This document shows positions 37,898-49,890 of a stretch of 64,000 bases of DNA, in pieces. Origin of the DNA: Lama guanicoe. Its lineage: Eukaryota. Where the stretch lies: contig MU056000.1 in the NCBI GenBank assembly GCA_013239625.1, positions 12,103,175-12,167,174 on the forward strand, read 5' to 3'. Each line of letters starts with the position of its first letter. Within the stretch, counting starts at the first letter, position 1. The translations under genes and the position numbers were made by a program. Below the pieces are notes generated by a model, which had not been told where the DNA came from, made no database searches, and was given only the letters and a program-made list of their open reading frames with translations.

Positions 37898-40800
37898 TGT
37901 TTTTTAAACCCAAACGTTTTTGTATTTCTCTATTTCCATCTTCAGCCCCTGCACTCCTCATCTAAAGTTTTATTCTCCAGGGGAGCCCATGAACCCACCC
38001 CTTGTTGGTGGAGCTCCCACTGTACTCAGGGCAGCTGTCCTGGGAACGAGATCATTGTAAGTCAACCCTGCATACCCATTCACCTTTGCCAGATATTCAT
38101 TCTCCTAACTTCCTGTGGAATGAAGCTCGGCCACAGGCCCTAGGCTGGCCTTAGAACCAAGCAGAGAAGCCACGACCAGGGAGATGTAAGGCAAATCTAC
38201 TGACATTTTTTCTTCCTAATAAAAGGAGAGCTGCTCCTTTTGGCCCAGCCTTGATTCCTTTCGGGGGTAATATTTACTCCAAGAGGCCAAAGCCTTTGTT
38301 TGCTTTGTGCAGAGATGCACCCAAGAGCACACAGATACTCAAAAACTATCTGTTGAAAGAACTGAAGGATGTCCTGTGAAGATGTGATGGCTGCCACTTT
38401 GGCAGCCATTTTGCAACCTTGAGGAAGGGCCAAAGGAATTGCAGATTCATCGATACAAAGTTCTGATACTGTGGAGCCTCTAAACAAATGCTTCTTATAA
38501 AATGCGGCCCTCATATGTAGTTATACGCTGTGTAGGTCACTGTTCGCTGAGTTATTTTATGTCTTGTCACTGAAAATTTGGGGGTCCGCCCAAAGAGGGA
38601 CTGAGGGGGTAGGAAGCGTGTGTGTAACATAGGAAAAAGTCCTGCCAAAAAGGAAAGAATCATCCCTGAGAAGGAGGGGGCGCCAGCAGGGAAGGGGCTT
38701 AGACTCCAGAAACACCAAGATCCCTGGTGGAAACACAAGGTTGGTGTGTAGCTTAAAGCTCTATAGTGGTTAGTACCGTAAGCCGCAAAAATACCCAGAG
38801 GGCAAATGAGCAATGGAGCAGAGGTCAGCGATGGCAACATAAGCTGGTGTATCATGCCAAAGCCATACAGACATCACAGAGCTGTGGTCAAGTTCCAGTC
38901 TAGGTCAGAGAAGGCAGAATCAAAGACAGAAGGCATGAACCCAGGCTCTGTGGCCACAGCGAGAACCACAACACGGTGGCCTCATCAGAAACAGCCAAAT
39001 AGGCAGGAGACCTGGGACGGGGTGGTTTTTAGGGAGCAGTGAGGTCCTGACAAAGAGAGGGAGAGAAGAAATAGGATGCCGCAGAAGAGGGCGGGCGAGT
39101 TGGCTGAGAACAGATATTCTCAGGCCTCTGGTGGCTGACGAGGTGAGGTCACGTGCCAGAGTGGGAGGGCTGACATCAGGTTCAGGAATGCGGGAAGGCT
39201 TCGAGGGACGGAGGCCAGACCAGGGAGGTCTCCTCCTCCAAGGCTGGTGCAAATGGGCACTAGACTCCCTCAAAGCATGTTTCTCAAAATCGTCCAGCAC
39301 ACTGTGGCATCAGAGAGCGGAGAACACCTAAGACAAGGACGTCTATCTGGAGGGAGGCAAGGTCAGTGAGACAAGTATCTTACAGATGCCGCATGTCCAT
39401 GACTAAGTGGCTCACATCTCCTTCCAGACCTGGGAGTTAGTTGGATGTATGGGCTCCCACTGTGGGCACTCAAAGCCGGACACTTGAGATTTGAGCACTC
39501 TTCACAATATGTATGCTGTGTTCAAATTAAAAAAAAAAATTAAAGGTTTACCAATGAATCCAACTAGGCAAGAAAATAATGAAATCCTGAGGTGGGTTCA
39601 TGATCAAGAGGAACTAGGGCACAGAGGTCCATGCGAAGAAAAGGAAGAAGTTCATGCAAATGAAGGAGTAAAAAACAACAGAGGGACGAGAGAGCAGCTG
39701 GACAGGAAACTTACAATTCTGAATAGGTCATGGAAGCTTAAAATTAGGCATTCAATGGTTCAAGATTTTTTTTAAAAAATTGATCCTGAGAGTCAATTGC
39801 TATGTGTTGAAAGAGATCCTCAGACAAACACAGAGAAAAACCGAGAGAGAGGGAAGGAAGGTGAAGAGATTTGTTCTAAATCAGATCACAAAACACGGTC
39901 AAGCCAACAGAAGGTCCAAACCTTAGCACAAATCCCATCTGGAAATCCTCAGACCAGCCTCCGTCTTGGGGCTAATCTGCTGCCATTTTGATCTAATTAA
40001 ACCCTCTTTCTCTTGCTAAACTAAACTTGAATCCCTCTTTATTCATCGCTGTTCAATTTCCACCTCTTGGTCCACCGTATTGAATGGGTCAGGGTCCTCT
40101 CTATTCCGACTGGCTCTGAAAAAAACCATGTCCAGAAACACAAATCAGGAGGGCAGCTGTCAGTCTCTATCCATGTTGGCAAGGAGGCTCCACTCAGTCA
40201 TGGAAATGCTGAAATAGCTGTGGAACTGAATGGTGTCGCCTGCACAGTCACCCAGTTTTGTCGACGTGATGAGGGTATTTGAGGGAGAAAATGTCAAGCA
40301 GGAAGAGGAAGGAGAGCCATGTGCCCCGGAGCCACACATCCACCAACGCCCAGGAAAATCTGTCAAACTGAGAATGTAATATTCAGCCAGAGTGATTATT
40401 CGTACGGCGTTACATCAGTAGTTCTGAGACATGCCACCATGCTAGCATAAGTCAATGTACAGATAATAATCTGGACAATACACCTGTGTGGTTTCTGGCT
40501 TTAAAGTTTCCGAATTTCAGGGACCAAAAAACTCCTGATCCACTAGAAACTGGAGATCATCCACCATACTTGTTGCTCCCCAAACGTTTCCTTTTAAAAA
40601 AATTAGGATGCAGAAGAAAACAAGCGTTCTTAGAGACAAATAAATAGAAAAACCAAGTTAGGACCGAGGAATTTGAACTATGTCATTAAAATGTGTGAAA
40701 ATAAAAATAGCAACTCAGAAAAATTGGAGTCAAAACCCAAAGATGTGAAATATTAGAAAGAATGTGATTTTTATCAGGTTCACGTCATCTGAGAGCTGGA

Positions 40801-43800
40801 AGAAGGCTGAGAAATCACCCGATCTCATCAGCTACCCCTCCACATCTGCCTGAAAGAACCGTAAGGATGTCGCTGATTTATCAATATTCATGAACACAGG
40901 ATGGGGTATCAGAAAAAAAATCAAATGGGGAATTTTACTTGAAAACTGTTCAGCGCCATCTGCCCTGAGAGATGTGATACCATATTGACAAGACCTTGGT
41001 AAATTCCACTTTCCCGAAGGAAAATGAGGGCTTGGTGACAACGGGGTGCTGGTGGGTGCAGCTGCCTAGGAGTCCTTTGGTTTGCTTATTCATGTATTAA
41101 AGTGGTTGTCTGCAAGTCATAATGGGAAATTAGCCAGCCTTAGACACAGCCAGTATCCACGAAGTATAAATTAGGAACACCACAAAATATTCCGCTGCGC
41201 AGTTGGAAGTTGCTAGGAAACAGGAGGTCAGGCGGTGTTCAAAGGCCAGGTTATTCCCATCCCTGGGGCCCCGACAGGACTGGCTCTTGCTGGTGTCCCA
41301 GCATCACAGAGCCAGACCACCAGGAGGCCAGGCTTCTAGTTGTGTGGCTCAAGAAGCTTAAATCTGGATGCTCCTCTTTTCCGGCAGCCTGGCGAAAGGG
41401 CCCAATGAGAACATGACCCCAAATCCAAGAAACACATAGGAAACAGAAAGCGTATGTACGACCACAGAACACTTTTTCTCCTCATCCGTCCTTAGAACAA
41501 CATGTTTCAGGCACTTCCTTTAGTGATCCTACTTGCTTCACTTAACACTGACCACGTTATTCACTCTTGGATTAAAGAGCAGTTTTCAGGATTATGACAA
41601 TACTTTTCCCACGAATTTGTCTTTCCACACATCTTCCCCCAGGTGGATGCAGGTCCTTTGTAAATTCTGAGGACGTGCTACTGAGTTGAGTAAGTGGTAA
41701 GTTCAAAAGATGAGTCACGAGAGGAAATGAACACCTCTTTGTGCTGGGAGAGCCGTGTCAGAGGGCTCCACCAACACACACACACTGCCTCTTTCCAGAC
41801 TCATAAATATGATCAGTATTACTCATCAGCCACCACGACCATCAGTGGCCAGTGCGTGCCAGGGTCTGAGCTGGGAGTTTTGCAGGCTGGGTCACGGTTA
41901 ACCTTGTAATCACCCTAAAAATGGTGACTTCTATCCTCACTCCATCAAATGAGAGAACTTGACAGACCAACATCACGTGGCTGGTGAGAGGCAGTGAGTC
42001 CAGCATTTCTTATAAAACTTCGCTCAGTCCACCATGATACACAGCCTCCTGATAACATCTTCGCTCATCATTTTAATCCAGACATGCTGAAAGGGGAACC
42101 TGTTTCACAATCCTGTTTATTTTACCGTGCCTGAAGGACAGATTCCCTTCTTCACTAGCAAATGGCAACAAAATCAACTTGTCCCTTGAGAACTGTGAAA
42201 GTCTTATGCCATTAGCCCTGGAACATGTAGAAAAAGGTTAACTGACTGCTACAGAGTGACTGGGCTGGATGGGGTAAGGTTTGAATTAGAGGGGAAATTT
42301 GGTGATTTGGGCCACGAGACCATGGGTCCAGGCCAGTGTTGTTTAGAAGCACTGCTATGGTACGTCAGACGCTGGTGAATGCTCTCAAAAAGCTTCCCGG
42401 GTCTAAATCCACATATCCCCCCATCAATGTTTTGGCATCGTCAACTGTGATCTGAGGCCAGGCCATGATTTAGTAACCGAAATGGAAATGATTCAGAAGT
42501 GCTCTCTCCATTTCTGCATACCTTCCTACATTTCTGCACCCAGGCCTCACTATGGATAATATTCCACTGAAGAGTGTTGCTCCATCTGTCCCTGTACGCC
42601 AAGCAGTCAGGTCTATCCTCTACCTGCACCACCTCAAGGCTCTGCATCCTTGGCGGGTGATGGTCCCCACAGCCCTCGATGGAGTGCAATCTATGTTTTC
42701 AACCAGTTCACCAAAGCAGGACAAAGAACAGAAAAGCCTGTGCACCCGGGCCAATTGCTAAAAACCCTTCGAATATTCCCAAACCACTTTCTCAATCATT
42801 TATGGACTTTAGATCGACGTGTTGTAACAAGGAGAGTGGATGTGCGCTGAGCAGGCAAAGGTGAGTAATGGAGAACAAGTGGCAATTGTATTGTAGTTAA
42901 TTTTTCTTTTTTAATAGAGCATGAGAAGGGAAAGGCTTTAACTCTGTCGACATTGGCAGAGCCCCAAGTTTGTGTAAACCAGGAAATGCCTCCAGCACGG
43001 CTCTGGACAGCAGGCGCTCCTGAGCAGAAGTGGCCCATTTGCTGATGCAACCGGGCCACAGACGATGGCTGGTCTATGGGATGGTCAGTTCCACTGAAAT
43101 GTGTGGTTTGGGTACCTTTCTGCACCTTTGATTATTTGCCCCCCACCAGCATTAACAGGCTGTGTCTGTCTGAACCCTGGAAATCCGTATCACATGACAT
43201 CACAACCAGGTCCAACCTGCCCTTCCACCTGCACACAGGACCTCATTTCCCTAATTTGCAAGGTGCCTCTGACTAAAAGGCTCTACAGGCTTTCATTCCG
43301 TATGCCCTCAGCTCAGTGTAAACCGAACAGTCTCAGCTTCACTGGAACTGATGCCATGAAGTCACTGAATCAAATACAGAGGCCAACATTTCAGAGTTAA
43401 TACCAACACAAACAAAAGGAAAAGAAGAAGTTAAAGAGAAAGAAAGAGAAGACGCCAAGCCAGGCTAATTTTCTTTCTGCAATTGCTCAAGCCACAATCA
43501 ACATATCAAAGATGCTTTACATTTGGCTCGAGTCACTGGCGGGGGTTTGCTTCTCCTGCCCAGCAAAACTCGTCTTGGTCTTCTACTTACATATCTCCAC
43601 AACCTGATTAAACTGTCCCATCGAAAACGACACCAGGGTCTGCCTGAAAGACTTCCTTTTCAAACCCTTCATCCTGTGCCTAAAACTCGAAGGCTGAAAT
43701 CTCAGTAACCCAACTGATGGCGCACAGTCACACTTCATTTTCCTGTATGTAAGGACACTTTCTGAAAGGCGTCATGAAACAGTAACTAAAACATTTGTTT

Positions 43801-44358
43801 GCTGGTGAGATTTTCACCACTGTGAGTGTGGAGAGGAGCAAGAGGGGAAGATACTGCCATGTTTTTTAGTGGGGACGCTTTCATTTCATAAAGGCAAGCT
43901 GAGTCTGTCACAGAGTTCCAAAGCTGAACAGTATTTCCTTTTAAAAGAAATACTGACAAACGAGGCATCTGGCACACTTTAATGAGCTGCTTTATCCTTG
44001 CAGAGGGGCGGAAACTAGGGCAGCCATTCATCTGAGAAAGTGGATCGCACGGAGTGATTACGTAATCCTGCAAGGCACGCTGATATTCAGGGTGCCCCCT
44101 CAGGCCCCCCAATTTCAAATTTTCTAGTACTATTTACTAGGAAAGAAAACAGTAATGCATGTTTAACTCAATGACTCAATACCTCTGAAAAACGTTAAAT
44201 GATACAATTTTCACCATCTATGCAACAGCGCCAACAGGGTTCAAAGCCGGAACAAGTGCTGTGATACAACTTACATCGTCCGTAGATGCCATTTTTATCA
44301 AGAGCAAAGGAAAAATAAGGATAAAACCAAAGAAATAATCGGCATGGATACCTTAAGC

Positions 44359-44560
44359 CAGTGGTTTTCAACCAGGGGCAATTCTGCCCTCTGAGGGGCA
44401 GTGGGTGGTGTCTGTAAACACCGGGGGAGAGGGGCTGTTCCTGGCATCTCCGGGTAGAAGGCAGGGCTGTTGCCAAACATCCTATAATGCATGGGACTGT
44501 GCCCCACAGTGAAGAACTGTCCTGTCCCAAATGTCAGAGGTGCCAAGGTTGAGACACTCC
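44359..44560 (+). mobile_element. MER20-like hAT-Charlie element
   Basis: cagtggttttcaaccaggggcaattctgccc...ctgttgccaaacatcctataatgca...caaatgtcagaggtgccaaggttgaga. Confidence 0.85.
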
Positions 44561-45177
44561 ACCCCAACCTGATCAACTAACAAATGGTTAAAAAAGGGGA
44601 TGAAAGGAAAAGGATGTGAAATTTAATTATGGGCACATTTCAATGTCAAATGCAGGCCAAGCAGAGCCAGGGGGGAAAAAAAAAGCAAGTTACAAAACTG
44701 GACTCTGAGTCCAAAGCTTAGAGGAGTGTTTTGGGCTGGGAAAAACCCCATGGAAAGGTACTCACCTGGGCTGAGGGCAGAAGGAGAGAAGTGCAAGTTT
44801 CTTTAGGAACAGCACAGGTGAGGAGGTGAGGGCCAGACCCGAGGCCAGGCCTCCATCCTGGGAGCCAGTCAAGAGCAAGAGGGGCAGGGGAAGGAGGGAG
44901 GGGGAGAGGTTGGGTCAGAGTGCCAGGAAGGAGGAGGTGGCTGGTGATGCCACAGCCCTGGGGCTGGGAGGTGGAGGTGGGGATTAGGAAGGCAGGGCAG
45001 AGAAAAACTGTACCTGGGAGCTTGCAGCAGAAGAGAGGCCAGGGTAGCTTGCATGACATAGCATTAGAAATAAGAAAATGGGCATGGACTCTTTGGAAAT
45101 GCTGAACAGTGAAAAGAAGGCTGCTCAAGGGGGAGCCCAGTCAAATTCTTATTCACTCCCACCTCCCCTTTCTTTTA

Positions 45178-45331
45178 TTTATGTATTTATTTATTTATTT
45201 GGTTAAATTTATTTTATTTTTTCGGGGGGGGTAATTAGGTTTTATTAATTTATTTATTTTTAAAGGAGGTACTGGGGATTGAACCCAGGACCTTGTGCAT
45301 GCTAAGCGTGCACTCTACCACTTGAGCACTC
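45178..45331 (-). mobile_element. Vic-1-like SINE with a 20 bp target-site duplication
   Basis: Reverse-complement SINE body; cccacctcccctttctttta at 45158-45177 and 45332-45351. Confidence 0.9.
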
Positions 45332-45495
45332 CCCACCTCCCCTTTCTTTTACATTAATAAATACACTTTTGAATACAATGAAGAGTATTAACAAGGAGAT
45401 GGGATCCTGGGAGAAGGAACCCTGTACAGCACAAGAGGAAAACTGGTGGAATATGGTCCCAGGGGAGGCAAGAAAAAGTTAAGTCAAGAAGACTG

Positions 45496-45984
45496 ATGAA
45501 CAACTATACAGAAACAAATTGGACAACCTAGAAGAAATGGACAAACTTATGCAAACATACAGTCCACAAAGTCTGAATTAAGAGGAAACAGATCACTTGA
45601 ACAAACCAATCACTAGAAATAAAACAGAATCAGCAATAAAAACCCTCCCTACAAACAAAAGCCCAGGACCGGACGGCTTCACTGGGGAATTCTACCAAAC
45701 ATACAAAGAATTCATACCGGTGCTTCTCAAATTCTTCGAAAAGACTGAAAAGGAGGGAGTACTCCCAAACTCATTCTATGAATCCACCATCACCCTGATA
45801 CCAAAACTAGACAAAGACACGACCAAAAAGAAAACTACAGGCCAATATCATTGATGAACACAGATGCAAAAATCCTCAGCAAAATATTAGCAAACAAAAT
45901 CCAACAGCACATAAAAAAGATCATACAACATGATGAAGTTGAATTCATCCCAGGGACACAAGGATGGTTCAACATATGCAAATC
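45496..45984 (+). mobile_element. L1 ORF2 internal fragment (Z region/RT start) with one frameshift
   Basis: ORFs 45597..45854 and 45851..46078: [57 protein letters not shown]. Confidence 0.95.
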
Positions 45985-46158
45985 AGGTTATTTTCCACTT
46001 GTATTACACCTTTTGCAAATTTCTTGTTCATGTGTTTTGGTCATTTTTCCACTAAAATATTTGTTATTTTCTTACTGATTTGTAAAGGCTCTTTATATAG
46101 TAAGGCTCTGAATCCATTGTTGTACATCACAAAAACTTTTCGTGTTATTGTTGGCCTT

Positions 46159-46201
46159 ATTGAAGGGCAAAGTTGGCCACATTGAAGGGCAAGTTGGCCA
46201 C
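46159..46201. repeat. 22/21 bp tandem duplication
   Basis: attgaagggcaaagttggccac followed by attgaagggcaagttggccac. Confidence 0.9.
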
Positions 46202-48344
46202 ATGTACGGGTACACAAAGTCATAACAATGTGCACACTTTGATTCAGCAAATAAACTTCCGAGAATTTACCTCAAGGAAACAGTCTTAAATGAGCACAAG
46301 TGTCTACACATATGAATAATACAGCAAGGGGCATTGTTTACAACAACAAATAAAGGAAATCATCCAATAATAGAAATCTGACACCACAGCCACTGACAAT
46401 TCTGTACCGTCACGAAGAAAGCACAGGAATGTTCTAAGATATATTAAATTAATAAAAAAGTGAGTTACTTAATTGAGGTAGACTATGAGCCCACCTTAGA
46501 GAAAAGAGTATATATGCAACAAAATGTAAACAGGACTGTCTCTAGGTGGTAAAAATATAGGTAGCTGTAATTTAAAATTGTAATTTTTTTGGTATTTTGC
46601 ATATTTTCCAAATACTTTATAATCAGTAAGTATTGCCTTTACATTGGGGAGGGGTGCAGGCGAAACCTAGTAACTACTGCGATATGTTTTTATTATAGTT
46701 ACTGAAAAATACTACTACAGTGAGCAGTGTCAGGGACAGAGCTGGCCTGAGGAAGGAGAAGGGGAACTGCCCAGGGTGAAAGGCTAACACAGGGAAATGC
46801 TAAGGAGGCAGAGCAGCTTCCTCCAGGGCTGTGAGAAAACCCAGGGACGGTCAGACTCTGAACCCAAGCACCACACTGCAATCCAGCACCAGTTCCCACT
46901 TTTTAGTCTCCAGAACCCAGACCTTTTGCTCCGGAGTCATTGAGGGTAACAATGGCTTTTATAATTAGTCCTTTGTACAGATGCTGGGTGAGCGATGGTG
47001 AGTTTTACAACAAAGTCACTAACAGACATCACACGTTAAGAGGGCTGCCTGTGAAAATGTTAATGCAGAGCCGCTCAGGCTAGAACCCACAAGTGCGCGC
47101 GCGCACACACACATACACAATTATAGTCTGCATATTGCTGATGGGTGGTCTGGGACTGGCTCAAACGTTGGACTGGGCAGCTTTCTGATTGGATGCTACT
47201 GAAGAAGTTCATCGAGACTGGCCGAAGTAAAACTGCACAGCAGGAGGGCTGCGGCGACATAGCTGTGGCTATAGGCCACTCTGGGCACAGGGGCAAATGT
47301 CTACCCATCTTGGCAGATGGCACCCCGCAGGTGGGAAGTAAGCGAATGTGCCCTCCCCCACACCATGGTACTCATCAGAGAGTGAGTGTTCCCTCCCTGC
47401 AAATAACAACAGGCTTCTGGAACTAGGGGTCCATATATTTAAGGACAGAAATACAGGTGAGAAAATCCAGAATTTTAACACCATGAAAGAGACAGAAATG
47501 TCAGGCACTTTCCCGAAGATGACTCATACTCCATTTTTCTCTTTTGACGGTTATTAATTTTATGTCAGCTTAATTACCCCTAAGACTGAAAAAAAAAACT
47601 GATGGTAAAAATAAAATGTTCTAACATGCGTTTTTATTGCTCTGAAAACAGATTTAGCTAAGTGGCAGTCAGCCACATTATTATTCCGTTTCTTTTAAAT
47701 GTAACTCAATTTAATATGAAAGACCGCCTTCACATTTAAAACACTTATTCCCTTAAAGGGCACTTTTAGCAACTGAATAGCCATCAGCTGAACACATTCA
47801 AGCGGAGGCTGAGGCAGAGATTAGCATATCAGACAGTCTTATTCTTTCTTTGGGGACTTCTGCTCTGGGGAACCTCAGCAAAAAAGTGCCTCATCAGGTT
47901 TCTCCAGGCAGACTGTAAAATATTGGCAGGTTCACGCTTGTGTGAAACTAGCACATGATATTCCACAGGTGACCATTCAACTCCTGTAATTTCCCCCACT
48001 TCCATACTTGTGCACAAACCAGTTCACAATGCAGCTTAAAAAGATGCTGATTCTTGTGCCGATTTCCGTAAAGGTTCATATAAACAAAGTACAAGGCAAA
48101 GAAAAAGCTGCAACACTGTAGCACGGAAGCTTTTAAAGAAGAATTCTTTGGCATAAATTCAAACAAAGGAAACCACCTCTCACCATTTCCCACTGCAACC
48201 TAATATTAAAAATGCTTTTTCCTATAAAAGATGAATTCCACACCAAAAATAACATTGCATTATCAACGCCTTATCCAAGCGGTTACAGCCTTTGTTCTTA
48301 CAAAGTATTAGCAGTTCAAACGTGGACACGCAATTAAAATCAGC

Positions 48345-49020
48345 ACTTACCCATTTGTTCAGAAACGAAACACTTCTGCTGCTCAGAGAGACGGCAAAAG
48401 CTGTTTTTCTCAGGTTTAAAAAACTCCTCTGCCAAATTTTACATTACTGCAATCATTGTGAGGTACATGAAACTTTTAAGCAGTGCAAATAAGAGAAAAA
48501 TCCCTACCTTGGGTTTCTTTTCCCCCCTTCAGTTTTTGTCCACTGTAAATGGCTGCATCTTTAGCAGTCCGGGCCAGAAGCATCTGAGCTGACAGACACA
48601 AAAACGGGCTTTCTTTGGCTTGCTGGTGTTCCCGGTCTTTTATGTGGTGTCTTGGGCTCTGCTTCCCTAATTCATTCCTGATTCTACTGAAAGGAAGTCC
48701 AGCCTGGCGAGGCTGGCGGGATGGCAATTGCTGAAGATACTTCTGACTGCAGGAGCAAAGAAAGCACCTTACATGTGCCAGCAAAAGTGGGAAGCCATTT
48801 GAAATGTCCCAAGACGCTGAATTTTAAAAGATGACTAATATTAAAAAGAAAAAAAAACCACGCCAGGACAAAGCCAAGCAATTTCATTGTGACCCTGGAA
48901 AGTCCACCCTGAGAACACCACCCCCCTGCCTTAAACCCAGCTTCATTTACGGCTATTTATCCCGGTCTTTGCATAGCGCGCCTGAATAGTTGCCATAACA
49001 ACTCAGTAAACAGGATTCGA
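48345..49020 (-). promoter_or_regulatory. Second candidate internal promoter/first exon in intron 19
   Basis: X-box-like GTTGCCATAACAAC at 48989-49002, forkhead GTAAACA at 49006-49012, minus-strand GATAAATA near 48954-48961, donors downstream at 48508 and 48351. Confidence 0.4.
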
Positions 49021-49614
49021 GCGACCACTGAGGGGTTCAGGGCAATTGTTTCGTTTAGGGAGAAGAATGGTAGCTTTAATGCTTCCTCTACTGAAATTTC
49101 CTGAAAAGACAGAGCTGCCTTTTTTTTTTTTTTATAGGTTGTGTGTATGTGCTGCTCTCAAAAGTCAAAGATGCTGGCAAGGAGTGCCCCAGTTATAGGA
49201 GAAGAGGCCACAGGAGTGGCAGTCAGACAGAAAGAATTATGAAACTAAGAAATACTGAATGCCAGGTGGGCATTTTCCAGTAAGGATGCAGAGGGAGTGG
49301 AATCATCCCAAGAGGCTGTAAGAGGAAGTGAATGAAAGGAGAAGCCAGAGTCTGGTATCCATATGGTTCCACAAAGTCCTCGCTCCCGGGTTGTCCTATG
49401 CTCTCTCCTCTGTTTTTTTCCCCACGGAGTCTCTTCTCTATAAAGCAGTTTCATTCAGATTTTATCCGTGCCACAGAAACGTCATTCTCAATCTTCACCC
49501 TATGGCCAGGCAATCAGAAACTACCCTGTTCTTAAAAAGTATTACTGGAAAAAAATGTTCACAAGTATTGCCAACAGGTTATGAACATCTGGCAATTTGA
49601 CACATCATGCCAGT

Positions 49615-49750
49615 AATTTATCAAAACTCACAGACTCTTAGGACACACGGACCCTTCATGGTAACTTTGGATTTTAATAATAATGGATCAGTATTGGTTC
49701 ACTAATGATACCAAATGTACCACATAATGCAAGGTGTTAATAACAGGGGA

Positions 49751-49793
<43 letters not shown>

Positions 49794-49890
49794 GGAGGCG
49801 AGAGTGACATGAGAACTCTCTGCACTCTGCTGAAATTTTTTCTAAATTTTAAAGTATTCTAAAAAATTAAGTCTGTTAATATAAAAAAAT
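49615..49890 (+). mobile_element. L1MC-like 3' end containing (TG)19
   Basis: cagtattggttcactaatgataccaaatgtaccac...gagaactctctgcact; TG repeat at 49754-49791. Confidence 0.7.
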
